A DNA stretch of 64,000 bases from an uncultured Acidobacteriota bacterium (GCA_963809485.1 CAWEJX010000009.1:89443-153442); one strand, 5' to 3'; shown: positions 1 through 10,185, counted from the first letter of the stretch. The notes: generated by a model from the letters alone, not told the origin. Made by a program: numbers and translations.

Positions 1-2
1 GG

Positions 3-914
3 GCGATTGCCCAAAAGGAAGGATTGCCCGTCGGCGCGCCCGTGGAATATGACCTCTTCCATTTTGAGCACCAGGTTCCCGGGGGGATGATGACAAACCT
101 GACGCGGCAGCTCCGGGAGGTGGGAATGGAGCACCGTTTGAGTGAAATCCTTCCCGAGGTCGCAAAAGTGCGCAAGGAATTCGGATATCCCGTGATGGCG
201 ACCCCTTATTCCCAGATCGTCGGATCGCAGGCTGTCGAGAACATTGTCTCGGGCGAACGATATAAAAAGATCACGGACGAGACCATTAAATATGCCCTGG
301 GCTACTATGGCCAGCCCGTCGTTCCACTGGATCCGAATCTGATGGACAAAATCCTGAGCTTGCCCAGGACAAGGGAATTTCAGGACTGGGAGCCGGAAGG
401 GTACCACAAATCCATTGAACAGCTGCGCGAGGAAATCGGGCCCGGGCTTTCCGACGACGACCTGCTGCTCCAGGTTCTGATTCCCGGCAAACCGCTTCGG
501 CGCGGCGAGCATAAGGCCCGGGCCCATGCGCCGATCGCGGCCGCTGAAGCAACCGGCGGATCCCCCATCGGATTCAGGAGCGTTGCGGGGAGGTTCAGCG
601 TGGAGGTGGACGGAGAGATATTCAATGTAAAAATCTCGCCCGTCCCGGAAGAATCCGATAAAACCGTTGAAAATGGCCAATCGCGGCCTGCGGAATTGCC
701 CCAAGGATCGGTGGTCTGCGACATCGCGGGACTGGTGCTCTCGATTGAGGTGAAAGTCGGGGACCGCGTGCATGAGGGAGACCCGGTCGCGGTGATCGAG
801 GCGATGAAAATGAGAAGGCAGATTCACTCGCCCCTCGAAGGGGTGGTCCGCGGTATTTTGGCAAGAGAGGGCGAAATCGTCGACATCAACGATGTTCTGA
901 TGGTGGTATCCTGA
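3..914 (+). CDS. Pyruvate carboxylase subunit B / oxaloacetate decarboxylase alpha-like protein, C-terminal part (5' end lies outside the window)
   Basis: Frame is open from base 3. HQVPGGM and 'GYPVMATPYSQIVG' carboxyltransferase-linked motifs; C-terminal biotinyl domain with EAMKM. Confidence 0.85.
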   Translation, partial: AIAQKEGLPVGAPVEYDLFHFEHQVPGGMMTNLTRQLREVGMEHRLSEILPEVAKVRKEFGYPVMATPYSQIVGSQAVENIVSGERYKKITDETIKYALGYYGQPVVPLDPNLMDKILSLPRTREFQDWEPEGYHKSIEQLREEIGPGLSDDDLLLQVLIPGKPLRRGEHKARAHAPIAAAEATGGSPIGFRSVAGRFSVEVDGEIFNVKISPVPEESDKTVENGQSRPAELPQGSVVCDIAGLVLSIEVKVGDRVHEGDPVAVIEAMKMRRQIHSPLEGVVRGILAREGEIVDINDVLMVVS

Positions 915-915
915 A

Positions 916-2391
916 ATGATCAAGAAGATTCTCATAGCCAATCGCGGCGAGATCGCAATCCGTGTTATGAGGGCATGCCGCGAAATGGGAATCCCTTCCG
1001 TCGCCGTATTTTCGGAAGCGGACAGGGATGCGCTTTTTACCAGGTACGCGGACGAAGCTTACGGGATCGGCCCGGCGCCGGCATCCCGGAGCTATCTCAA
1101 TATCCCCAAAATCATCCAAACCGCCAGAGAATGCGGGGCTGATGCAATCCATCCCGGATACGGATTCCTGGCGGAAAATCCGGAATTTGCCCTGGCCTGT
1201 GAGAAGGAAGGGATCCGCTTTATCGGGCCATCCAGCGGCGTGCTCAGGCTCCTGGGCGACAAGCTGGCTGCAAGGCGCGAGATGATTAAGGCAAGCATCC
1301 CTGTTGTGCCGGGAACGGTTGAGCGCGTGGAGAACTTCGAGCATGCCCGCAGCGCGGCCGGAGCCATCGGATATCCCGTGATGATCAAGCCGTCGGGAGG
1401 CGGCGGGGGGATCGGGATGACGGTGGTCGGGAACGAAAGCGAGCTGGCGGATGCGCTGGAATCCGCGAGCGCGATCGCCAGGACGACTTTCGGCCTCGGA
1501 GACGTTTACATCGAGAAGTATCTGTTTCACCCGCGCCACATTGAGTTCCAGATACTGGGGGATTCCGGGGGCCATGTCATCCATCTGGGAGAACGGGAAT
1601 GCTCCATTCAGCGAAGGCATCAAAAGCTGATCGAGGAATCGCCGTCCACGGCGCTCACTCCTGAGCTGCGTGAAGCCATGGGCGCGACCGCGGTGAAAGC
1701 CGCCCGGTGTGTCGGGTATGAAGGGGCGGGCACCGTGGAGTTTCTCTTTTCGAATGGAAGCTTCTATTTCCTCGAAGTGAACGCCAGGGTTCAAGTGGAG
1801 CATCCGGTTACGGAGATGGTGACCGGCACGGATATCGTGAAGGAACAGATTCGGATTGCCGCGGGACTGCCTCTTCGTTACAGGCAGGAGGACGTGAGGA
1901 TCAGGGGGAGCGCCATCGAGTGCCGTATCAATGCGGAAGATCCGCTGAATGGCTTTGTCCCGGCACCTGGAAAGATTCAGACCTATCATGCTCCCGGCGG
2001 CACAGGCATCCGGGTAGACAGCGGAGTCTGCAGCTCCTGCTCCATCCCGCCTTTCTACGATCCGCTGATATCAAAGCTCATCGTCTGGGGCACGGACAGG
2101 GATGAGGCGATCGCAAAAATGCAAAGAGCCCTTTACGAATATGTGATCCTCGGAGTCGCAAGCAACATTCCGTTCCACCAGGCGGTGATGGAGAATCCGC
2201 GGTTCAGGGCCGGGGAACTGGAGACTGGATTCATCGACCGGGAAGTTTCACTGAACGCTGACATAAGACGTATTGTGGAGACTGGAGGGCGATTGCAGGA
2301 TAGATTTCCCCGCCAGGCTGAAAACAGGAAAAAGGTCGTCGCAATGGCGGTTGCCGCCGCTTTGTCCGGTGCGCTCGAACCGAGGCAATGA
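916..2391 (+). CDS. Biotin carboxylase subunit (AccC / pyruvate carboxylase subunit A)
   Basis: KKILIANRGEIA, HPGYGFLAEN, GGGGIGM, ERECSIQRRHQK, EVNARVQVEHPVTE; directly follows the biotinylated subunit. Confidence 0.95.
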   Translation: MIKKILIANRGEIAIRVMRACREMGIPSVAVFSEADRDALFTRYADEAYGIGPAPASRSYLNIPKIIQTARECGADAIHPGYGFLAENPEFALACEKEGIRFIGPSSGVLRLLGDKLAARREMIKASIPVVPGTVERVENFEHARSAAGAIGYPVMIKPSGGGGGIGMTVVGNESELADALESASAIARTTFGLGDVYIEKYLFHPRHIEFQILGDSGGHVIHLGERECSIQRRHQKLIEESPSTALTPELREAMGATAVKAARCVGYEGAGTVEFLFSNGSFYFLEVNARVQVEHPVTEMVTGTDIVKEQIRIAAGLPLRYRQEDVRIRGSAIECRINAEDPLNGFVPAPGKIQTYHAPGGTGIRVDSGVCSSCSIPPFYDPLISKLIVWGTDRDEAIAKMQRALYEYVILGVASNIPFHQAVMENPRFRAGELETGFIDREVSLNADIRRIVETGGRLQDRFPRQAENRKKVVAMAVAAALSGALEPRQ

Positions 2392-2468
2392 AGCTGCAGC
2401 CCTGTCCGGGGCGCCATGGAATCGATCCATCGGAGTTTGATGCCATTCGGAATCTTCGGAGGTTTTCT

Positions 2469-3701
2469 ATGAGTAGCAAGCCGAAAGTCATGATGATTGT
2501 TACGATGGACACCAAAGAGGCTGAGGCCCGCTTTATGCGAAAGTGCCTGGAAGACAATGGCCTCGAGGTTTACCACCTCGACGCCAGCATACTCCGGACG
2601 ATTGATTGCGGGGCTGCCATCACTCCAGATCAGATCGCTGCGGCGGCCGGCAAAACCATGCCCGAGGTCCGGGCTCTCAACCACGAAGCCAAATGTCTGG
2701 CCATTATGATCGAGGGAGCCATCCCGTGCGCCCAAGAGCTCCACCGGCAGGTCGGGCTCAGCGGAATCCTTGCTGCGGGAGGTTCGCTGGGGACTGTTCT
2801 CGGCTCGGCGGTTATGCGGACATTCCCGTTCGGCCTTCCCAAGATGATGATCTCGACCATGGCGTCCGGAAATACACTGCCCTACGTCGGCACCCGCGAT
2901 ATCGTCATGGTTCCCTCGATATGCGACATTGCCGGCTTAAACACCGTGACACGATGCGTGTTTCAAAATGCGTCTCGCGCCCTCGCCGGAATGGCTCATG
3001 GCTACAAGCCTCTTCCGGCTTCCGACAAACCCCTGATCGCGATTTCAACCCTCAGCACCACCGAAAAATGCTGCACCGCGATTCGCGAAGCTCTGGAGCA
3101 GCGAGGCTTTGAAGTGATGGTCTTCCACACGCAGGGGACCGGCGGCGTCGCCATGGATGTAACCGTCCGCGAGCAGGACGTCTCCATCGCCGTGAATCTG
3201 TCGCTGATTGAAGTCAGTGACTTTCTGGTCCAGGGCCTGTTCAGCGGAGGCCCCGACAGGTGCAAGGCATCGCTTGAAAAGGGTATCCCGACGATCTTTG
3301 TGCCGGGCAACATCGACTTCATGGTTGCAGGCCCGATTGAAGACGCGAAGGTCCGCTTTCCCGGCAGGCGTTATCACGTCCACAACGAAGTGCTGACGGC
3401 GGTTCGAGCGGAGGCTGGGGAGTTCAAGCGTGTGGCGGATCATATGGCAGGGCTGATCCGAGAGGCGAAGGGGTCCGTGGCGTTCCTTGTCCCGCTGCTC
3501 GGATTTTCCAATCATGACAGTCCGCAAGGCTATTTGTACGATCCGTCCCTTCCTCCTGTTTTCGCCGAATATATACAGCAGGCAATGCCCGAAGGTGTGC
3601 CGATGGTGTTTCTCCCCCATCACATCAACGACAAGCCTTTTGCCGAGGCCATTATTCAGCAGGTCCTCGCTTTTCAGAAAAACACTGGATCAGCGGGCTG
3701 A
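2469..3701 (+). CDS. Tm-1-like ATP-binding domain protein (UPF0261 family)
   Basis: N-terminal TMDTKEAE, 'GGSLGT', 'PFGLPKMMISTMASG', 'DIAGLN', 'VFHTQGTGG', 'HIND' motifs. Start placed at ATG 2469 after GGAGG. Confidence 0.85.
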   Translation: MSSKPKVMMIVTMDTKEAEARFMRKCLEDNGLEVYHLDASILRTIDCGAAITPDQIAAAAGKTMPEVRALNHEAKCLAIMIEGAIPCAQELHRQVGLSGILAAGGSLGTVLGSAVMRTFPFGLPKMMISTMASGNTLPYVGTRDIVMVPSICDIAGLNTVTRCVFQNASRALAGMAHGYKPLPASDKPLIAISTLSTTEKCCTAIREALEQRGFEVMVFHTQGTGGVAMDVTVREQDVSIAVNLSLIEVSDFLVQGLFSGGPDRCKASLEKGIPTIFVPGNIDFMVAGPIEDAKVRFPGRRYHVHNEVLTAVRAEAGEFKRVADHMAGLIREAKGSVAFLVPLLGFSNHDSPQGYLYDPSLPPVFAEYIQQAMPEGVPMVFLPHHINDKPFAEAIIQQVLAFQKNTGSAG

Positions 3702-4001
3702 GCTGCATGAAAACATAATCGGATTGCGCGTTTCCGCATTGACGCGACCCATGATGGAGTTTCGTCTGGCACGACGGTTCCGGCATGCTCCGGCATTACT
3801 CGCAGGCTCTTCGCAAGCGTGCGTAAAGGTCGGGAAGTTCCAAAAATTGAGAAGCCCCTCGCCCATCGTCTTCGTGCAACTATGAGGTTGCAGCGCCATT
3901 CGATGAAGGTTTACAATCCGCATCAAGAACGGGGACGTTCATAGATTTCCGAGTGATTCCCCGTCGCGCAAATAACCTGGAAGCCATCGGAGGAGATTTT
4001 T

Positions 4002-5096
4002 ATGGGAAAGATAAGAATTGTCTGCGCCCCTGCATTCCTGCTTTTTGCTGTTGCGGCCTTTGGCCAGATCAACCAGCCGAACCATCTGCCGTACAAAGAC
4101 CTTATTTTCGCTCAGCTCGCCACGGGCGGAATCTGGGAAACACAGATAACGGTTACCAACCGCGGCACTCAGCCATGGGAGGGAGATTTTCATTTCTATA
4201 CCGGCGAGGGATCGGCGTGGAATCCCTATGTGAACGGCGTCCAATTGATCGGCGGCAGCCTCGCGGTAACGCTTAGTCCCAAAAGAACTGCGACCTATAA
4301 AATAACCATGCCCGGCTCCGTGATTGTGCCGGGATTCGTGATGGCCATAGCCGACAACACCGATCTGGACAATTTCATTGAAGGCAATTTGACGTGGTTC
4401 GTTAAAGACGCAGACAAGGTCACGGATAGTATCGGAGTACTCCCTTCAAATCCCATCATGGCAACGACCCTTCCATTTGAGAATTTCAACTCGGTCAGCG
4501 TGGCATTCGCCAACACCGATGCTCAGGGACGACCCGCCCATTTGAAATTGAAGCTGTATTCGGAATCGGGTAGCCGTGTGGGCGACATTTTTGAGTGGAC
4601 CCTCGACGCCCGGGAACACCTTCCCCGCTATCTTCGGGAATTATTTACAGGGGTGACGCTCGGCCGGGGCCGTGTCGATATTTCATCCGATGTCCCCATC
4701 AGCGGCGTGGCCCTGATCCAGACAGAATCCCAGTTCGCCTCTCTTCCCTTCAATTCCACTGTCCGAACTTATCAGGTCGATGCCTATGGTTCGGAGGTGA
4801 ACTTCGCGCGGATGACTCTGTGGACCGAGGGCCTTTTCATAAGCGGCTATGTTGCCATGGAACGCGAAAGCGTCCTGAGCCTGTTTGCCATAACCGGAAG
4901 CATCAAGGACGGGAAAGCGCTGTTGCATTTTGACGGCGACAACGAGACGACAAGCGACTATGGCGTCTATGGCTTCATCATTCCTAATGAAGTTTTTGAT
5001 CCCGACAAAACATCTTTCAGCGGCACGTATTCTGTGGCCATCCCATCCGAGTATGAATTCGAAAACGGGTGGTTCGATGCCACTCTGGTTCCGTGA
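4002..5096 (+). CDS. Exported hypothetical protein with Ig-like beta-rich domains
   Basis: Signal-peptide-like N-terminus ending AAFG-Q, GGAG RBS, 'IFAQLATGG..WETQITVTN' motif shared with 34474..36132. Confidence 0.7.
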   Translation: MGKIRIVCAPAFLLFAVAAFGQINQPNHLPYKDLIFAQLATGGIWETQITVTNRGTQPWEGDFHFYTGEGSAWNPYVNGVQLIGGSLAVTLSPKRTATYKITMPGSVIVPGFVMAIADNTDLDNFIEGNLTWFVKDADKVTDSIGVLPSNPIMATTLPFENFNSVSVAFANTDAQGRPAHLKLKLYSESGSRVGDIFEWTLDAREHLPRYLRELFTGVTLGRGRVDISSDVPISGVALIQTESQFASLPFNSTVRTYQVDAYGSEVNFARMTLWTEGLFISGYVAMERESVLSLFAITGSIKDGKALLHFDGDNETTSDYGVYGFIIPNEVFDPDKTSFSGTYSVAIPSEYEFENGWFDATLVP

Positions 5097-5129
5097 CAGA
5101 TTCTACGGCAGCCTTCCGGCGATGCCGGG

Positions 5130-5443
5130 AATAGGCATCCTCCGGCAGAGCCGGAAGCTTTATATTCGCCGGCCTCTCAAATAGGCCTGATCGCAACCCA
5201 TGAAATATCACGGAAGTTTGGTGCGCCGTGGATATCTTTAAGGCTTTTTGAAACGCAGAATGTCGAATGAAGAATTTCGAAGTCCTTCTGCAGTTCGATA
5301 TTCGAAATTCGATATTCGATATTCAGCATTTCGCGTTTCCCGGGTCCCTGGTCGCTGTCAGAACACCGGAGAAAAGGCATGCTCCGGCATTCCTCAAACG
5401 CATGCTTCCTTACCGACAGAGCCGGTGGGGCTCGCATTGGATT
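5130..5443. mobile_element. Degenerate non-autonomous IS200/IS605-like element with cargo different from the 403-bp family
   Basis: Left CCTCCGGC-AGA-GCCGGAAG hairpin plus GGCCTCTCAAATAGGCC second hairpin; right TCAAAC...ACCGAC-AGA-GCCGGTGGGG hairpin; internal TTCGATA-type heptamer repeats. Confidence 0.5.
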
Positions 5444-5536
5444 CGCATTGCTGAAACTGGCGTTCACGGTGCAAAGCCGCTATGGGGGTCCGCTTTCCTT
5501 ATAGGAAACTGCGGCGACTCCGCATACTATGAGTCC

Positions 5537-7648
5537 ATGATTTTTTACGCTGGAACCATTTTTGTCAGTGCTTTTCTGCTGTTTCTGGTACAGCCGCTTT
5601 TGGCCAAATACATCCTGCCCTGGTTTGGCGGCAGCCCCGGAGTCTGGACAACCTGCCTGTTGTTTTTCCAGGTTCTGCTGCTGGCCGGGTACGGTTTCGC
5701 TCATTTCCTAACCCGAAGATTCCGTCCTCGAATGCAGGCAGGAATCATTGTGGCTCTTCTGCTGCTTACTCTGGCCTTCCTGCCCATAACCCCATCCAGG
5801 ACATGGTTGCCGGAAAACATTTCCGCGCCCGCGTGGCACATCCTCAGGCTTCTTGCAGCAAGCGTCGGCGCATGCTATTTCCTTCTGTCTTCCATGAGCC
5901 CTTTGATTCAATCCTGGTTGAGCCGTTCGTTGCCCAACGCTTCCCCCTATCGCCTGTATACGCTTTCGAATCTTGGCTCGCTGATGGCCATCGTCAGTTA
6001 CCCGTTTCTGATCGAGCCCAACCTGGGTCTGGGATTTCAAACAAAGCTCTGGTCGCTTTCATACGCTTGTTTTGCGGCCCTCTGCATCGGGAGCGCATTC
6101 CGGATGTGGAAACTGGGATCCCAATCCGGGGGTTTTCCCATCCCTATGGCCGAAGGAGACCAAGCCGATCGGGAGGTTCCCCCTTCCAGAGCAGATCGGT
6201 CCCTGTGGCTGATCTTGACCGCCCTCAGTTCGACCATGCTGCTTGCCACGACCAATCAGATGTGCCTGGATGTAGCGGTGATCCCGCTTTTGTGGCTGCT
6301 TCCTATGGCTCTTTACCTGCTCTCGTTCATTCTTTGCTTTGAAAGCGACCGGTGGTATTCGCGCACGGGATTCGGCATGGCCCTGGCGGTGGCGCTGGCG
6401 CAGAACTGTTTCGTTCTGTATCGAGGCATTTACATAGGGATTCCGGCTCAAATAGCTTCCTACTGTTTTACTCTTTTCGTCTGCTGCATGGTTTGCCACG
6501 GCGAACTGGTGCGTTTGAAACCCCGGCCCCGCCATCTGACGTCCTTCTATCTGATGATTTCGGCAGGAGGAGCTTTGGGTGGAGTTTTTGTGAACCTGAT
6601 TGCGCCTTATGTTTTCAAGGGCTATTGGGAATTTCATCTTGCGCTCGCAGGAACCGCCCTGGCTTTCCTCATCGTCCTGTTCCATGGCCGCGGAGGGCGC
6701 CTCCGCGGCGGCCGGCCTTTCTGGGCATGGGCCCTTCTGGATCTGGCCTTCCTCGCGCTGGTTCTGGCCCTGGGAGCACAGATACACGACACCCTCAAAG
6801 ACGTCCTCACACTGAAGCGCAATTTTTTCGGGGTGCTTAAGGTGCTGGAAGAGGGTAAACAGGATGCTTCCCAACAGCGCCTGGTCCTTATGCACGGGCG
6901 CATCGAGCACGGCTATCAGTTTGCCGATCAGGAGAAGCGCTATTGGCCGACCTCGTACTTCGGCCCGACCAGCGGCGTGGGAATCGCGATACAGTTCCAC
7001 CCTCGGCGTCTCGATCCCGCCCGGCGGCACCTGAGAATCGGCGTGGTTGGCCTGGGGACAGGCACTCTGGCGGCGTATGGAGAGGAGGGAGATTATTTCC
7101 GTTTTTATGAGATCAATCCCGAGGTCCTGCGTTTATGCGAAAACTATTTTACATACCGCAAAGACAGCTCGGCCAGGGTGGATGTCGTTTTGGGGGATGC
7201 GCGCATATCGATGGAACGAGAGCGGAGCCTGCATCAGCCGGGAGACTATGACGTCCTCGCGGTGGATGCATTCAGCAGCGATGCCATCCCAATACACCTG
7301 CTGACCCGCGAATGCTACCGGAGTTACCGGTATCACCTGAAAAAGGACGGGATTCTTGCCCTGCATGTCAGCAGCCGGTATTTCAATCTCGGGCCCGTGG
7401 CCCGCAGCCTGGCGGAACTCGATTCGGGGCGTGGCACGAAAGCGCTGCTCGTTCAGGATGGCGGCAGCAAAATGCAGGGGACGGATGCAACGCGCTGGAT
7501 TCTGCTGACCTCCAACAAAGCGTTTCTCGAAGACCGCAAGGTCAAGGATGCCGTCAGTCCGTGGGCGCCCGACGATTACCCCTCCCTCCTCTTCACCGAC
7601 GATTACAGCAACCTCTTCCGCCTCCTCCGAAAAAAAACCTTCTTCTAG
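5537..7648 (+). CDS. Fused membrane domain / spermidine synthase-like SAM-dependent methyltransferase
   Basis: 'SAFLLFLVQP...LPWFGGSPGVW' polytopic N-terminus; 'IGVVGLGTGTLAAY', 'YEINP', 'GDAR', 'DAFSSDAIPIHLLTRE', 'TDDYSNL'. Confidence 0.9.
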   Translation: MIFYAGTIFVSAFLLFLVQPLLAKYILPWFGGSPGVWTTCLLFFQVLLLAGYGFAHFLTRRFRPRMQAGIIVALLLLTLAFLPITPSRTWLPENISAPAWHILRLLAASVGACYFLLSSMSPLIQSWLSRSLPNASPYRLYTLSNLGSLMAIVSYPFLIEPNLGLGFQTKLWSLSYACFAALCIGSAFRMWKLGSQSGGFPIPMAEGDQADREVPPSRADRSLWLILTALSSTMLLATTNQMCLDVAVIPLLWLLPMALYLLSFILCFESDRWYSRTGFGMALAVALAQNCFVLYRGIYIGIPAQIASYCFTLFVCCMVCHGELVRLKPRPRHLTSFYLMISAGGALGGVFVNLIAPYVFKGYWEFHLALAGTALAFLIVLFHGRGGRLRGGRPFWAWALLDLAFLALVLALGAQIHDTLKDVLTLKRNFFGVLKVLEEGKQDASQQRLVLMHGRIEHGYQFADQEKRYWPTSYFGPTSGVGIAIQFHPRRLDPARRHLRIGVVGLGTGTLAAYGEEGDYFRFYEINPEVLRLCENYFTYRKDSSARVDVVLGDARISMERERSLHQPGDYDVLAVDAFSSDAIPIHLLTRECYRSYRYHLKKDGILALHVSSRYFNLGPVARSLAELDSGRGTKALLVQDGGSKMQGTDATRWILLTSNKAFLEDRKVKDAVSPWAPDDYPSLLFTDDYSNLFRLLRKKTFF

Positions 7649-7824
7649 CCCGCCGGCCTCACGGGGTTTGGCTGCGCGACCCAAGCCTTGCATATCCGCG
7701 CGGAATGCATGTCACCGGCCTCAGGCCACAAATCGCCCTGCGCAGACTGCGCCCCGTTAGCACAAACTGCCTTTGCAGCTATCGATGACTGACAGAAATA
7801 TTGATCAGGAACCCTTAACGGAAC

Positions 7825-7960
7825 GTATGTTTCAATTCGTCATTCGTCAATACGTTCTACCCCTAAGACTTAATCGGACTGAGGGAAAACCCGCAGAAGA
7901 GCGCCCAGTGGAGAGTATGTTTCAATTCGTAATTCGCAATTCGTCATTCGTCAATACGTT
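7825..7960 (+). repeat. Two direct repeats built from heptamers (GTATGTTTCAATTCGT...CATTCGTCAATACGTT)
   Basis: Copies at 7825-7856 and 7915-7960; the second has two extra AATTCGY heptamers; 58-nt gap between copies. Confidence 0.8.
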
Positions 7961-7961
7961 G

Positions 7962-10022
7962 TTACACCCAGGATTTGGCAGGCTGATAATCGTAGGGTTC
8001 CATGGAAAAACTGCCGCGCCCCTGGGTGAGCGACCGGACCTGCGTGGAGTAGCCGAACATCTCGGCCAACGGCACATATCCCCGGACCACGGCGACGCCG
8101 GCAAGCAATTCCGTGTCATGGATCTCCGCTCTCCGGGAACCCAGATCCTTCATCACAGGGCCGAGGCAATCGTCCGGGGTGCGGACCTCGAGGTTCATGA
8201 CCGGTTCGAGCACGATGGTCTGGGCTTGCGCGACAGCCTCTCTCAGGGCCAGCGTGAGAGTTCCCATCAATGGAACGGCAATGTCCGGAGGGTCGTTGTG
8301 GCGGAATTCAAGGATACGCACTGTGAGATCCACCACGGGGTAGCCATGGGAACCTCCGGAATCACAGCCTCTCAGAAGTATTTCTTCCGCCTCACGCTGG
8401 AGGGCAGACGACAGTTGTCTTGAAATGCGGGAAATGTCTACCTCCACGGGCGGCAGACTTCGATCCCCGGGAGTTCTCGGCCGGGGCTGGACTTCTACCG
8501 CGGCGCGGCCGCTGACCAGCACATCGCCGATGCGTTTTTCGAATTCTCCCTTGCCGATGCTGCGTGCCGTTATGGTCTCGCGATAGGAAACACGCGGCCG
8601 TCCAAAAAAGGCAGCCACGTTGAACTCCCGCTGCATGCGGTTTCGGGTCACCTCCAGGTGCAGTTCGCCCATGCCCGACAGGATCATCTGGCCGGTTTCT
8701 TCATCCGTTCCGACACGAAGCGTGGGATCTTCCCGCAACAGCCGGTTCACAATTTCAAACAACCGGTCGCGGTCCGCTGAGGTTTGCGTCTCCACTGCCA
8801 TGGAGACAACGGTCTGTGGAAAGTGAATCGGTTCGTAAGTGATCGGGTGCTGCGGATCACACAGGGTGTCTCCGGTCACAATATCTTTCAGCCCGTGAAC
8901 CGCAACAATATCTCCGCAGCGAGCTTCGTCCACAGGCTCCGTCCGGTCCGCATGGAGGCGAAGGATTCGCCGGAGCCGGAGACGGGTCTTCGAGCGAGGA
9001 TGATAGCAGCGTTCCTCCGTCGTCAAAGAGCCGGAATAAACGCGCAGCCACAGAAAATCCGTGCTCGAGGTCGCCACAACTTTGAAAACCAGGGCGGAAA
9101 ACGGCGTATCCAGCGTCAGCGGGCGCTCGAGCGGGGCGCTGGTTGCGGGGTCCATGCCCTGAGCCGGTGGGCGGTCCAGAGGGGACGGGAGGTAGTCGCA
9201 AATTGCATCCAGAACCGGCTGAACGCCTGTGTCCCGCAATGCGGCGCCGCACAAAACAGGTATCAGGCCGCCGCTTAGGGTAGCTTCCCGTATGGCTCGT
9301 CGGAGGTCTTTGGCATCCACGGGCTGGCCGGCCAGATAGATGTCGGCAAGCCAATCCACACAGTTGGCGGCGTTCTCGACAAGATGATTGCGCGCCTCTT
9401 CCACAAGGGTCTTGAACTCATCCGGAATTTCCTGGACCTCGAGTTCGCGTCCGTGCGTCATCGCATTGAAAAGGACAAGACGCCGGTCAACAAGATCGAT
9501 GATTCCGTCCAGTCGGTTCTCGAGGCCGTGCGGGAGGTTGATGAATGCCGCCCGAGTCCGGAGCCGCGATTCAATCTGCTTGAGAACGCGCTCATGATCG
9601 GCGCCGGCCCGGTCCAGCTTATTAATGAATGCCAGCCGGGGGACCTGATAACGATCGGCCTGCCGCCAGACGGTTTCGCTCTGCGGTTCCACCCCCTCGA
9701 CACCGGAAAAGATGACCACGGCACCATCCAGGACTCGCAGGCTGCGCTCCACTTCGGCCGTGAAGTCCACATGCCCGGGGGTATCTATCAGATTGACCTG
9801 GTGGCTCCTCCAGGGAAAGGTGGTTGCGGCGGCAGAGATGGTGATCCCTCTCTCCCGTTCGTCCGCCCGGAAATCCATGACGGCCTGGCCATCATGAACC
9901 TCTCCCATCTTGTGGGTTTTCCCGGAGTAAAAAAGAAAGCGCTCGGTGACGGTTGTCTTCCCTGCGTCAATGTGCGCGATAATTCCGACATTCCGCACGC
10001 GCCCGAGCGGTGTTGAGGCCAT
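7962..10022 (-). CDS. fusA: Elongation factor G paralog with divergent domain IV
   Basis: AHIDAGKTT, RGITI, DTPGHVDF, NKLDR, GMGELHLE, 'VPLAEMFGYSTQVRSLTQGRG'. Stand-alone gene, not in an rpsL-rpsG-fusA-tuf context. Confidence 0.9.
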   Translation of the reverse strand: MASTPLGRVRNVGIIAHIDAGKTTVTERFLFYSGKTHKMGEVHDGQAVMDFRADERERGITISAAATTFPWRSHQVNLIDTPGHVDFTAEVERSLRVLDGAVVIFSGVEGVEPQSETVWRQADRYQVPRLAFINKLDRAGADHERVLKQIESRLRTRAAFINLPHGLENRLDGIIDLVDRRLVLFNAMTHGRELEVQEIPDEFKTLVEEARNHLVENAANCVDWLADIYLAGQPVDAKDLRRAIREATLSGGLIPVLCGAALRDTGVQPVLDAICDYLPSPLDRPPAQGMDPATSAPLERPLTLDTPFSALVFKVVATSSTDFLWLRVYSGSLTTEERCYHPRSKTRLRLRRILRLHADRTEPVDEARCGDIVAVHGLKDIVTGDTLCDPQHPITYEPIHFPQTVVSMAVETQTSADRDRLFEIVNRLLREDPTLRVGTDEETGQMILSGMGELHLEVTRNRMQREFNVAAFFGRPRVSYRETITARSIGKGEFEKRIGDVLVSGRAAVEVQPRPRTPGDRSLPPVEVDISRISRQLSSALQREAEEILLRGCDSGGSHGYPVVDLTVRILEFRHNDPPDIAVPLMGTLTLALREAVAQAQTIVLEPVMNLEVRTPDDCLGPVMKDLGSRRAEIHDTELLAGVAVVRGYVPLAEMFGYSTQVRSLTQGRGSFSMEPYDYQPAKSWV

Positions 10023-10150
10023 CGGGTCCTCCGAACCCGGTTCTTTTCATCCTGGGGCGGCATCACCGGGCTTGCTATCGTTCCGCCCAAAACACAGAAA
10101 GCAGTACTTTTGCAGTTAGATGTGATTTCGTCAAGCAAATCGATGAAAAG

Positions 10151-10185
10151 AGTTTCCAGTTCCCAGTCTCCAGTTCTAGGTTCCC
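10151..10185 (+). repeat. Degenerate tandem heptamer repeat (AGTTTCC AGTTCCC AGTCTCC AGTTCTA GGTTCCC)
   Basis: Read directly in the intergenic region upstream of fusA. Confidence 0.65.

Noticed and set aside
886-1989. Long antisense ORFs over accC and similar ones elsewhere (e.g. 6059..7030, 17543..18397, 26677..27942)
   Set aside because: Shadow frames of well-supported genes in GC-rich DNA, with no motifs of their own.
7825-7960. CRISPR-like GTTTCAATTC repeats
   Set aside because: Only two units of unequal length, built from heptamers, with a 58-nt gap and no cas genes in the window.
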